DNA of 62,747 nucleotides, filler included, from Globobulimina sp. (lineage: Eukaryota): NCBI GenBank assembly GCA_003354225.1. It is 33 parts of 33 records of this genome, joined end to end, with 100 filler letters (N's around TTAATTAATTAA, not from the genome) between each part and the next. Parts side by side here need not be neighbours in the genome. Positions count along the whole stretch, not along the records: positions 22,864 to 24,668 come from PIVH01011746.1; positions 24,769 to 26,573 come from PIVH01011747.1; positions 26,674 to 28,478 come from PIVH01011748.1; positions 28,579 to 30,382 come from PIVH01011749.1; positions 30,483 to 32,286 come from PIVH01011750.1; positions 32,387 to 34,190 come from PIVH01011751.1; 27 more parts are not named here. The stretch is one strand, 5' to 3'. This document shows positions 23,907 through 34,290 of the stretch, piece after piece. Position 1 is the stretch's first letter, and every line of letters starts with the position of its first letter. Under the pieces are notes generated by a model that had not been told where the DNA came from, ran no database searches, and saw only the letters and a list, made by a program, of their open reading frames with translations. The translations under genes and the position numbers were made by a program.

Positions 23907-24668
23907 ATGGCGTCAATAATACCCACAAATGACAAAGCGGAATTGCTGAATAATCAACGATGGGATTTATGGAGAGTAGTTAAAGAATATAAATTAGAAA
24001 ATGAAGCAATTAAACAACAGGCAGAATATAATGGAAAAGCAACATCAACTGTCTCAGCACAAAATGTATCAAAAAAAACAATGGTGGTCATATTATTAAA
24101 ATATTGGAAAGCTAAGAATATGGTGCCATTACAATCTGAATCTCCGACACCCACAACACAACGAAGAAAAAAAAGAAGAGGAAATCAGAATGATGATGAG
24201 GACAATTCCCATATTAATGATGATGATGATAATTCCCATAATCGCAATATTCAAAATAATACACCATCGCCTACTCCGCCACCAAACACAACAATTCCGC
24301 CCGCTGTTGCAGCAATTTTATCACCAATTAGAGCAGTACCACTAATACCAGTAATACCAGCACTGCCACCAATAGCTCCTCTTCATACTGTAAAATTCCA
24401 TATGGATTGTTATGGCCAATATTGCGAAACAAATAAAATGATATCAAAATCAAAAGCGAAGAAAGCCATGGATAAAATGTTAAAATTAAAATTCGTATTA
24501 TCAAATGAAGGTAAATCATTCATGGAAATAATGAATGAACAAAACGTAATAAGACGCGCAAATATCCATTCAATACATACCAGAGGTTATGATAGAGCAA
24601 GAAAAAAAATGTTAAGTGTTGCGTTTATTTTTGTTTACAAAATGTTGAGTGTTGTGTTTATTTTTGTT
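23907..24668 (+). CDS. hypothetical, probably nuclear protein, 3'-partial
   Basis: RRKKRR NLS-like motif, acidic and Pro-rich linkers; a probable intron starts near 24611. Confidence 0.55.
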
Positions 24669-25054
24669 NNNNNNNNNNNNNNNNNNNNNNNNNNNNNNNN
24701 NNNNNNNNNNNNTTAATTAATTAANNNNNNNNNNNNNNNNNNNNNNNNNNNNNNNNNNNNNNNNNNNNGGAAAAAAGATTTAGCAACAAAACGCCTTTAC
24801 AAAATTTACACTCAATCACCGCACTCGAAATCATGTCAGCTCATGTGAACTCTGACTACTTCAGAGTCAGATAAATGCCAAAGATTTGATGAAATGTCTC
24901 CTCCGAGATGCGTGACTGTTGCTGTTTGCTCCACAAAGCAATGAAAATAAATGAAACAGTTACTTTACAAATCTATATTTTTGAAGCACATGAATAATTT
25001 TTTCGTCATCAATGCCTTGAATCATTTTACAAAATTTATCATTGAAACTTTTCA

Positions 25055-26347
25055 TTACTCATTGAATTTTAACATATCAAACACATCAAACATTCTTTTA
25101 ACGTCGTCAATATATTTACATTGCTTTAATAAAACGTTTGCGAATTCATTGAGAAATTGTGTTTGATTACATTCTGCATTGAAATATGATTCATTCAACC
25201 ATTCATTGTAAGCATTTACATGGATCTTAACCAAACTATCATCAATGCTAAAATTTGGAAATTCTATGGCTACTTTAACAATTCTCCAAAAATGATCACA
25301 TTTTGGATAAATTCTTTTAAATATTTTATCATCATGATCCTCGAAAGGTAATTTTAATACTTTTTGAACATAAACATGCCGTATGCTGTTACAATCAATT
25401 CCATTCTCGACAATATATTCCCAAAACCAAATTGCAATGTCGCTAATTACGTCCTCCTGCCCAATGTCACGGAATTCTATGATTGAAGACAATGGAATGA
25501 TGCAACAATGGCAACTGAAATCCAGTGCAGATAGTTTGTAGGCGCTATGAAAGGGATAAATTGGAATTTGCAATTCTTTTAATTCATATTTTTCATTTTT
25601 TTCATATTGAGTTGGATCAGGAAACATTCTGCTCGATCTCCATCTTTTTGTTTTAATCTCAGTATGTAATATTTTATTTGGATAGAAAACATCTGAAAAT
25701 ACCATCGTAAATCCATTCAAGTTATGCGATTCATACAATATATCATTGTTTATTGTGCATTTTATGCAACACTCATTATTGTCTTCAACACTTAATTTAT
25801 TTTTTAACATATTTGATGATTGTAATATATTTACAAGAAATTTTGCATTGAATATAAATGAGCTATTATGAAATTTCATCATTTCAGTGCCATTATAAAA
25901 CAATAGACAAAGTTCGAACAATTCAATGGGGACATAAATACCCAAAAAATCCATCGTTTCATGGAAATATCCATATACGATTAATTTAATTAATTTATCT
26001 GAACTTTTTGAAGTAAATTTATGTAAATAATGTTGCCAATAAATACATTTCACCTCCATTGATTGTGATTTTTTTGTTGAATGGTATTTTCTAACATGAT
26101 TTGATTGTATTTTTGTTAATTCTCTAAGATTAAAAAGTACATCAACTTGGCTGGACAGTTCTTTTCCGAGTAATATGTCTCTGGGAAATTCGCCGTAAAT
26201 CATTAGATTGTCCAATACATTCAATGAATAGCTTCTTGAATCAAATGCTTTGGGAACCATTAATTCACATTTATTGCCATCTAGATGCGCTTTGATAATT
26301 TTGCTCACCAAATGAGAGCCGCTTTGTTGAGGAGTGTGAGTTGACAT
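25055..26347 (-). CDS. hypothetical protein, 430 aa
   Basis: Complete ORF containing LIVYGYF...VPIELFELCLLFY. Confidence 0.65.
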   Translation of the reverse strand: MSTHTPQQSGSHLVSKIIKAHLDGNKCELMVPKAFDSRSYSLNVLDNLMIYGEFPRDILLGKELSSQVDVLFNLRELTKIQSNHVRKYHSTKKSQSMEVKCIYWQHYLHKFTSKSSDKLIKLIVYGYFHETMDFLGIYVPIELFELCLLFYNGTEMMKFHNSSFIFNAKFLVNILQSSNMLKNKLSVEDNNECCIKCTINNDILYESHNLNGFTMVFSDVFYPNKILHTEIKTKRWRSSRMFPDPTQYEKNEKYELKELQIPIYPFHSAYKLSALDFSCHCCIIPLSSIIEFRDIGQEDVISDIAIWFWEYIVENGIDCNSIRHVYVQKVLKLPFEDHDDKIFKRIYPKCDHFWRIVKVAIEFPNFSIDDSLVKIHVNAYNEWLNESYFNAECNQTQFLNEFANVLLKQCKYIDDVKRMFDVFDMLKFNE

Positions 26348-26411
26348 AATCTGTCAAGTTTGAAAGTTTTTTAGTTCCTCTCAGCAATTATAATTTATTA
26401 TAAATGAGCAA

Positions 26412-26573
26412 ATGGACACTGTCTCAATTTTAACAGAATATGCATTTCCAAAGCTATCACAATATTATTCGTCTAAAGGCAAGACATGCATTCTTGAGCA
26501 ATATCAAAATCAAATCAACCAATATTTTATCAACAACCAACTGAATCTGCAGAGTTTCTACACTTCATCCATC
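26412..26573 (+). CDS. 5' fragment of hypothetical protein
   Basis: ATG divergent from 26347, open to the contig edge. Confidence 0.45.
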
Positions 26574-27021
26574 NNNNNNNNNNNNNNNNNNNNNNNNNNN
26601 NNNNNNNNNNNNNNNNNTTAATTAATTAANNNNNNNNNNNNNNNNNNNNNNNNNNNNNNNNNNNNNNNNNNNNTTTGTCGTCTCATTATAAATCGGTTTG
26701 ATGTTGGATTCGTGTGATGTGTGGGTTTGTATGGGTTGGTTTGAAGAGGATGGTGAATGTTTGGTTTTGGTTTGATTTTTTGACTGAAAACTCATTGTCA
26801 GAGTGTTTAACTCAGAATAATAATATTGCTCGTTCGGTTATTCTCGGGGAAACAAAGAGCAAAGCCGATATATACGAACTATGCTTTGGTCATTTTGAAT
26901 CGCATGCATATTATCACAAAAGTGCAAGGATTACCATTTTGAATTGATGTGTTTTCCATATAACAAACATCTAAAAAATACATTACAAAAACCATAGATA
27001 CAGTAAATACAATATGAATAT

Positions 27022-27645
27022 CTATAATATGGTACAACACGAATCAGTGCTATATTTAGCATCATCTTCCATCATTGGCCTATTTTCATAGTCTTTTTCG
27101 GGATGTTTCAACCGTTCCTCTTCTTCCTTAGCTTCTTTTTCTTTCATTTCTTTAATCGACATTGGTTTTGCGAGGCCTCCCTTTGATTCAACATTGCCTT
27201 TTTCTTTATTCTCATTCTCGTCGTTTGATTGTTGTGATTTGTTGGATTTCTGTGGTCCTTTTTTTAATTCATTGTATCTTTTTGGATCCAAATCTTTGAA
27301 TATTTCATCAATTTTAAATATTTGTGTCCAGTCTGGATATTGCATGGCGTCTCTCATTGGTGACATATATGTTAATTCAGGATATGAGTCATCTTCATAT
27401 CTTTTCTTGAATTCTTGATAATTTATAGGTCCCTGCATATCTTTCTGTTGCTTATCAACAACTTCCATGTAATATATTTCAGTTAATCCAATAGTTGCAG
27501 TGGTTACTTCTTCTCCGTCTTTCTCCTCTGAAGAATGTGATTCATATTCCTCTTCCTCGTCATCTTTCTCTTCATCATAATTCAATTGTTCCTTCTCATC
27601 AAATGCTTCATCCCCTACATCACCATAATCCAGTTGGATTGCCAT
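27022..27645 (-). CDS. acidic protein with GYF_2-like domain and C-terminal CaaX box
   Basis: YY...MQGPI..QEF...TY...PDWTQI..IDEI; ends CCTIL. Confidence 0.65.
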   Translation of the reverse strand: MAIQLDYGDVGDEAFDEKEQLNYDEEKDDEEEEYESHSSEEKDGEEVTTATIGLTEIYYMEVVDKQQKDMQGPINYQEFKKRYEDDSYPELTYMSPMRDAMQYPDWTQIFKIDEIFKDLDPKRYNELKKGPQKSNKSQQSNDENENKEKGNVESKGGLAKPMSIKEMKEKEAKEEEERLKHPEKDYENRPMMEDDAKYSTDSCCTIL

Positions 27646-27766
27646 GCTTTTTTTTCAAATAAACACGTGTAGTGGTTCACAATTATTGCTATGTAACAAA
27701 AGGATGGAATATGAGAACGAGGAAATAGAGGATATATAATATAATATAATAATATATAAAATTAAA

Positions 27767-28478
27767 CTAAAAATTTTCTTTATGCAATAAAAATACAGTT
27801 TTGCTATCAAAATCTGTATATTTACCACATGCTTTTTTTAAGCTTTTGGCAATAATTTGATTTCCACAAAACATGACACCAATTCTGTTTCCTCTGTGTG
27901 TTTGCTGTATTGGTTGAAAAAATTGGTCCCAGTTTGGTCTCCCTTTATGAATAATAATATCTCCGATTTGTGTTGGTTCCTCATTTGGTCGTTTTAGACA
28001 TTTCCATATATCAATCTCACTAAATGGGGCACTCACTCGTTGCGTATTTATATTAACATTACTCTCCAAATCATACAGTTCCTCATCGTAATGCGTTCCC
28101 CATAATGCAACATCAATTTGTCGATCATTTGTTGGATTCTCAACATCACTAAAATCAATCTGCATTTTATCCAAATCCGGAGCAGATGTAACGAATATGT
28201 GCATTTGTAATATTTTGTTATCCATTCGTTGCGCGTTATTCTTCCTCATATGATATAATTCATCTTCTGCTTCTTTCAAGGTTCTGCACATAAAGCGATA
28301 CGCATCCAATTGCTTATAATTCACAATCCAAACACAATACGCATGGTCGGGGAATGAGTGACCAATTCCTTTTTTGAACCGGAAATATATTATTGACTGC
28401 AATGTTGCTCGAATGGGTGTCACCCCAATCCCGGCACCGATTATTTTTATGATCTGAGCATCAATGATGACAGTGGCC
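27767..28478 (-). CDS. NADPH oxidase/ferric reductase family, NADPH-binding C-terminus
   Basis: IIGAGIGVTP, GRPNW, IGVMFCG, FLLHKENF-stop. Confidence 0.9.
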
Positions 28479-28578
28479 NNNNNNNNNNNNNNNNNNNNNN
28501 NNNNNNNNNNNNNNNNNNNNNNTTAATTAATTAANNNNNNNNNNNNNNNNNNNNNNNNNNNNNNNNNNNNNNNNNNNN

Positions 28579-29875
28579 ATTTTTTGAAATTTTCCAATCT
28601 GTAACTATTTCTTTGCATCCTTTGCATTTTAACGAAATAGACGAAATGATTCTTTGTTTTTTCAAATCATTAACATGAACATGCGTAATATGGTGATTTA
28701 ACGCTTTTTGAGTTGGTGAAAAATATGTTTTCCGTCCACACAAATCCGATGTATGATATGGACAATACAAATGATTACACGCTAAATGTGTTGTACAACC
28801 ATATTGACGCCGAACTAACCAATGATTCTTGAGTGCTGTATAAGATTCAAATACTAAACCACATTTATCAATACAATGCCAATATTTTGTATCATTATTT
28901 TGTATATTATTATTATTATCATTAATCATTTTACATTTACCGTCAAGTTCCGGTGCAGACGGTATTTTATTTATTATATTCACTACAGACGAATCATTAT
29001 TAGTACCATTCAATTCTTTCATTTGTTTATTTAATTCAGCAAACGCGTTGACTGTTATATTTCCATTTTGTTGCCAATTTCTAATTTGGCACTCTATATA
29101 TTCAACCATTATGACATTGCCTTTATGTTTTAAAGCTTTTAATGTATTTTTCCAACCAACAACAGTATCTTTTTTGTCAAAGATATTAATCATTGTATCA
29201 TCTTCTAAATCATTTCTATTAAAATTTTCAAATATGCCACCATCAATCAATTCTTCATTTCGCATATCATCAATTACTTGATCGTCATCTGCGTTTTCAC
29301 CATCAACATCATAATCATTTTCATTTTCTTGCTCTTCTTCGTATTGTGCGGTCTCATTAAAATTGTGAATAAAATCATTAATCGTACTTTTTATTGTTGC
29401 AATTTGTGTGGTGCTAAAATCAATCTATGTATAAATAAATAAAGTAAGTTGTAAATTAAATAATAAATAAACATAGTTAACATACTGGCAATTGGCTGAC
29501 TAAATATTTTGATGTCATTATCGCAACTGATACTCGTTCCAATTTTTGATTTTTTGCATTATATTTCATTTTGTATTTGCTATAAAATGTATTATTATTT
29601 GTATCAATGATTACTAATGTGTGCTTTGTGGTTTTCTGTCTTGACCCACCAAATCGATAAGATGCACAAATGTATGCCAACGTACCAACAGATTTAAAAG
29701 ACTGCATTTTGATGATTTTGCGATATCTGTTGCTGACTAACATTTGATATTTGTCTGATTTCAAAAATACAGCGTGTCTGTTGGAATTTCTCCTTGCTTT
29801 GTGATAAAATCCATACATCGTCGTGACATTATTCTCTAATAAGTGGCATGTTGATGGAAGTGGAAGAGTTGCCAT
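28579..29875 (-). CDS. hypothetical protein with atypical C2H2-like Zn fingers, 3'-partial
   Basis: Intron 29425-29485 joins two ORFs in frame. CIDKCGLVF...LKNH, CNHLYC...HHITHVH, CKGC. Confidence 0.65.
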
Positions 29876-29971
29876 GGTTGGTGTCAGTATTTAAGATTGT
29901 TACGTAATTTAAAACGTCACTAAACAAAAAATGACTCAAAATATATGGCTTTTGATATTTTAAAATTATGC

Positions 29972-30382
29972 AGCATCTGTATTGAAGTACAGGGATAACT
30001 CATTGTATGTAGAAGAAGAATTGCATCTGTATTGAAGAAGAAGAATCATGTATGTATGATCATTGTATTAAATAAAGGAGATCCCGTCGGAGATAATGAA
30101 TTATGTATGACTATATGCATGACCAAAAAATCATGCATGTATGACTATAGGAGAGGGTTTTCCAGGTAAATATGGTCATACATTGCATGACTTTTCCTGA
30201 GGGGATGTGAAAAAATGTAAAAAAATCTTAGTTCAACGCACTAGAAACATTTGCAAATAGAAATCATTTAAGTATAAAAAAGGTAATCTTTATTGGCACA
30301 CTTTTTGCAACACTTGTTTCCAAAATGGCAATATGACAATTTATTTGTCATTTAAGTATAAAAACAATTGCCATTTTGCCAT
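29972..30382. repeat. cluster of short direct and inverted repeats
   Basis: GCATCTGTATTGAAG x2; ATGTATGACTATA x2 plus an inverted variant; TCATTTAAGTATAAAAA x2; CAAAATGGCAAT...ATTGCCATTTTG. Confidence 0.6.
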
Positions 30383-30549
30383 NNNNNNNNNNNNNNNNNN
30401 NNNNNNNNNNNNNNNNNNNNNNNNNNTTAATTAATTAANNNNNNNNNNNNNNNNNNNNNNNNNNNNNNNNNNNNNNNNNNNNTTTTATAACCAAAAAAAA
30501 AAAAAAGACAAAACCAACCAATAAACCTATAAATAATATAAAAAAAAAA

Positions 30550-31791
30550 TTAACGATTTTCGCGATTAATAAACAATTTTATTTTCTTTTTAAACTCATC
30601 TTTTTTAGTCAATTTACGTGTATTAATTGTATTATTGTTTAATTTTAACGATTCAAAATCAACACTCTCAAAATCATAATCATTTTCATCGATATTACTA
30701 ATTGCTATTGGAGTGGGTGTGTGACACGGAGTGTTATACGGTGTGTACGGTGTATACGGTGTGGCAGAAACAGGCGTATCCGTAGAGTCAGAATCATTTT
30801 TTATCATTTCAGTTTTATTCAACACGCCCGAATATTTGACATAAAGATCCTGTGATAAATGTATGATTTTATTAAAATCCAAATTATTCCATTTCAAATC
30901 ATTAAAATACTCAAATAAAGAGATATTATGTTTGGTAGCAAGAAATAAATCATTTTTCAAATAAACAATGAGTGCGGCACATAAATATGACGATATATGG
31001 TAAGAGGAACACAAACAATAATCATATATACGTGATATTATATTAATATCTTTTATATTATGCGCAAACCATGTAAGTAACCACGATATTGAGATAGATA
31101 CAAAATCGTCACCAACTGTACATGTATCATCATCTTTATTATTCGTAAATAATTTATTTATTTGGCAATCGTGACATTCAATAATATCGAATATCAATCT
31201 ATAGGACGCTATGTTTAATAAAGAACGCTTTGGATTATTAACAACAATATAATCTCTAAAAAATGTTTTTGCTACTTTTTCAGATATTTTTTGTGCCAAT
31301 ATCTCGTTGTTGCATACTGCATAAAATACAGACGCTACGTCATTAAAACCTTGAATATATTGCATCTCATCGTTGTGATCAAAAATTAAATGTAATATTT
31401 TACTCAATGAGGCTTCTGATTTGCGTTTACATTTTTTTATATTATAATATGATAACGAACTTCTTTTGGCATCTTTCTCTATTTGTTGGTATTCCGGGGT
31501 CATGTCACCAGATATTATATCTGTTTTTGATTCTGCAATTTGTGGCAGTTTTGTGTTTATTGTCAATGAAGGAATCTGTAATAATTTAGCAACAATTGGT
31601 GTTTTTGGTTTTTGTTTTGTTTTTGATTGGCTTTTGTTTTTCATATTGTTTGGCATTTTGATCCCCAATACCAATGGCCATGCTTTTTTACGTAATTTAT
31701 CATTGATAAATCCATGTTTTATTGCTAATTTTCGCAATTCTTCAATGTCCTCTTTTTTTATTGCTTCCTTGATTGTTTTTATTTGTTTCAT
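30550..31791 (-). CDS. TBC-domain RabGAP, TBC1D20/GYP8-like
   Basis: LRKKAWPLVLG, QIEKDAKRS, YIQGFNDVASVF, WLLTWFAH. Confidence 0.85.
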   Translation of the reverse strand: MKQIKTIKEAIKKEDIEELRKLAIKHGFINDKLRKKAWPLVLGIKMPNNMKNKSQSKTKQKPKTPIVAKLLQIPSLTINTKLPQIAESKTDIISGDMTPEYQQIEKDAKRSSLSYYNIKKCKRKSEASLSKILHLIFDHNDEMQYIQGFNDVASVFYAVCNNEILAQKISEKVAKTFFRDYIVVNNPKRSLLNIASYRLIFDIIECHDCQINKLFTNNKDDDTCTVGDDFVSISISWLLTWFAHNIKDINIISRIYDYCLCSSYHISSYLCAALIVYLKNDLFLATKHNISLFEYFNDLKWNNLDFNKIIHLSQDLYVKYSGVLNKTEMIKNDSDSTDTPVSATPYTPYTPYNTPCHTPTPIAISNIDENDYDFESVDFESLKLNNNTINTRKLTKKDEFKKKIKLFINRENR

Positions 31792-31862
31792 TTGAGATTC
31801 AATCTACTGTGAGGTCTAAAAAAAAACAAGGTTTTTGCGAAAGGTTCTTCCAAAAAATCATC

Positions 31863-32286
31863 TCAACAAACATTTTTAGCTCTGTTATTAAACCAAGAAT
31901 TAAATAATTTGTCAGAATAAGTCAATTGTGAGATGATATGATAGATTTCCTTGTCATTGTCATAAAACTGATTATTTGTATTATAATCTCCATTAAATAA
32001 ATGGCTTAAAATATGTTTAATATCTTGCGGTAGAAACCTCGTAATTTGAGCATCTCGAAATAAATAACATTTAATAATATCTTTTGAGAGAATATGAAAG
32101 GAGAAAATTAAGACATTTCCACCCGGTGCAGTTCTGCAGGAAATGGTGGAATTTCGCAGTCTTTCTTTTGGATTCATGTGCATTGCCAAAATTGCTTCAT
32201 TCATACCATCAACATATCCGATTCTGGGAATTACACATTTTTGAGTTAAATTGAAGAAGGATTCAGAAACAATTTCATTATTCTCA
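31863..32286 (-). CDS. hypothetical protein, C-terminal part
   Basis: Frame open from the contig edge to the stop at 31863. Confidence 0.5.
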
Positions 32287-32386
32287 NNNNNNNNNNNNNN
32301 NNNNNNNNNNNNNNNNNNNNNNNNNNNNNNTTAATTAATTAANNNNNNNNNNNNNNNNNNNNNNNNNNNNNNNNNNNNNNNNNNNN

Positions 32387-33084
32387 TTACATCGTTTGTT
32401 GTCACTAATTCCATATTGTAATAGTTGCATTGGATATAAATAATCAGAATAAACATTTAAATCACCAGTCACAAAAATATTTTTTATATTTGTATTTGCA
32501 TTGTTTGACAATGAATTATGTTCAATTTGCAATAATAATTCATTGATATGTTTACATTGCAATGTTTTGTCATATGTTAAATGTGTTAAATATAAATGAA
32601 TCGCATAATAACCGTTTATGTTTAAATTGATTGTTGTTTTTAGTAACATTCTTGCATTCATATCACCGGAATCTGGATTATTTGATCTTTCTTTGAAAAA
32701 ATATTTACTTATATCTGATATTGGATATTTTGATATTATTGCCAATCCTTCCAATATTTGATCATTGTTTGCGTCATTATTATGCTGATTTGCGGAGAAA
32801 TGATAATATTTATAAGATGGTGACAATAATGATAATAGATATTTTAATTGATTATCTTCTGCTGAATCTTTTATACTCTTTTCATTTGAATATATTTCTT
32901 GCAATGCTACAATATCAACTGAATTCTCTTCAATCATGTCACGTATTCGAAGAAAACGTATCTTCCATGAAAACATATAATTCCATACATTATAAGTCAT
33001 CATTACCAGTTGTTTCTCGTTTGATTCAGTCAATGAAAACATGATAGAACAAAGCAATGAAAATATTGTCACCCAAGTTGACAT
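32387..33084 (-). CDS. secreted endonuclease/exonuclease/phosphatase (EEP) family protein, 3'-partial
   Basis: Signal peptide; MTYNVW, DIVALQE, GLAIISKYPI, THL, VTGDLN. Confidence 0.88.
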
Positions 33085-33092
33085 GATGGCAG

Positions 33093-34163
33093 ATGCGACT
33101 TTTTCAATCGTTTTTTACGTACATCACTAAAATGCAATCCTTATTCAAAAGGTTTCCTAACGTTGCAAAGATTACACCATGTTATTATCAGCGTTTATAT
33201 CGATTATCTAATCATGGATTTACAAAAAAATGCCAAACACCAATTGAATCGTCAGACAATGAAAATATTTTAGAATGGACACAATCACAATTATCAACAT
33301 TAAAAAATGTAACATCAAAATTACAACAAGAGTCGGAAATATTACAAGAAGAGTTGACAAAAACGCAAATATCGACATTAGAAAACGTTGCGTTAAAGTT
33401 ACATGAAAAAGTGACAGTGCTAGAAAAAGAGAAAAAGCAATTCGATGCTGATAAATGTTTAATTGAATCAATGCAATTTGCTGATCCAATCATATTAAAT
33501 GTCGGAGGAATTAAATATTACACATCATTAGAAACGTTATTACAATGCAAAGATTCGTTGTTTGCAAAAATGTTTAGTGGGCAAATAACTATAACGCCAA
33601 GCGATGATGGTTCATATTTCATTGATAGAGATGGTAAAATGTTTGAGTTTATTTTGAATTGGTTAAGGAATCAAGATTTATCATTATTGCCATTCAATGA
33701 TGAATTATTTGCTAGGAAATTATTACTTGAAACAAAATATTATCAGTTACCAGTATTAGCTCGACACGTTGCTAGCAGCTTAACATGTTCTTACATTACG
33801 TCTTTTGCTGAAAAAAAATATTTATCTGAATTAAATGTGGTGAATGCAAATCATACTTTAAAACTATTGGACAGAGGCAAGTTTGCAGATATTTGGGAAA
33901 AATATTCTGTAGGATATTCTGGTGTCATTATATTTGAAGTAAGAGGAAAGGAAAATGTATTAGGAATACATTTAGCAGACAAGCCCACATCTGGTTTTGT
34001 ATTAAGATCAAAACACAGCGTCGCACCCTTTAAATGGCGGTTTGATTCTATAGATTATAAACATAACAGTAGTACTATACTTTTTAAGCATAGTGAATAT
34101 TCGTTCAACGTAGAGCGAAATTGCAATGCATTTTTCAGTAATACAGGGGGATGGTTTCGATAA
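33093..34163 (+). CDS. KCTD-type BTB/POZ protein
   Basis: IILNVGGIKYYTSLETL, YFIDRDGKMFEFILNWLR, ETKYYQL. Alternative start at 33132. Confidence 0.9.
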   Translation: MRLFQSFFTYITKMQSLFKRFPNVAKITPCYYQRLYRLSNHGFTKKCQTPIESSDNENILEWTQSQLSTLKNVTSKLQQESEILQEELTKTQISTLENVALKLHEKVTVLEKEKKQFDADKCLIESMQFADPIILNVGGIKYYTSLETLLQCKDSLFAKMFSGQITITPSDDGSYFIDRDGKMFEFILNWLRNQDLSLLPFNDELFARKLLLETKYYQLPVLARHVASSLTCSYITSFAEKKYLSELNVVNANHTLKLLDRGKFADIWEKYSVGYSGVIIFEVRGKENVLGIHLADKPTSGFVLRSKHSVAPFKWRFDSIDYKHNSSTILFKHSEYSFNVERNCNAFFSNTGGWFR

Positions 34164-34290
34164 TTGGCAACAGTGCAGCGGTACACATATNNNNNNNNNN
34201 NNNNNNNNNNNNNNNNNNNNNNNNNNNNNNNNNNTTAATTAATTAANNNNNNNNNNNNNNNNNNNNNNNNNNNNNNNNNNNNNNNNNNNN

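Noticed and set aside
30715-30770. TACGGTGTG-like tandem repeat
   Set aside because: Coding: it encodes TPYTPYTPY in the RabGAP tail.
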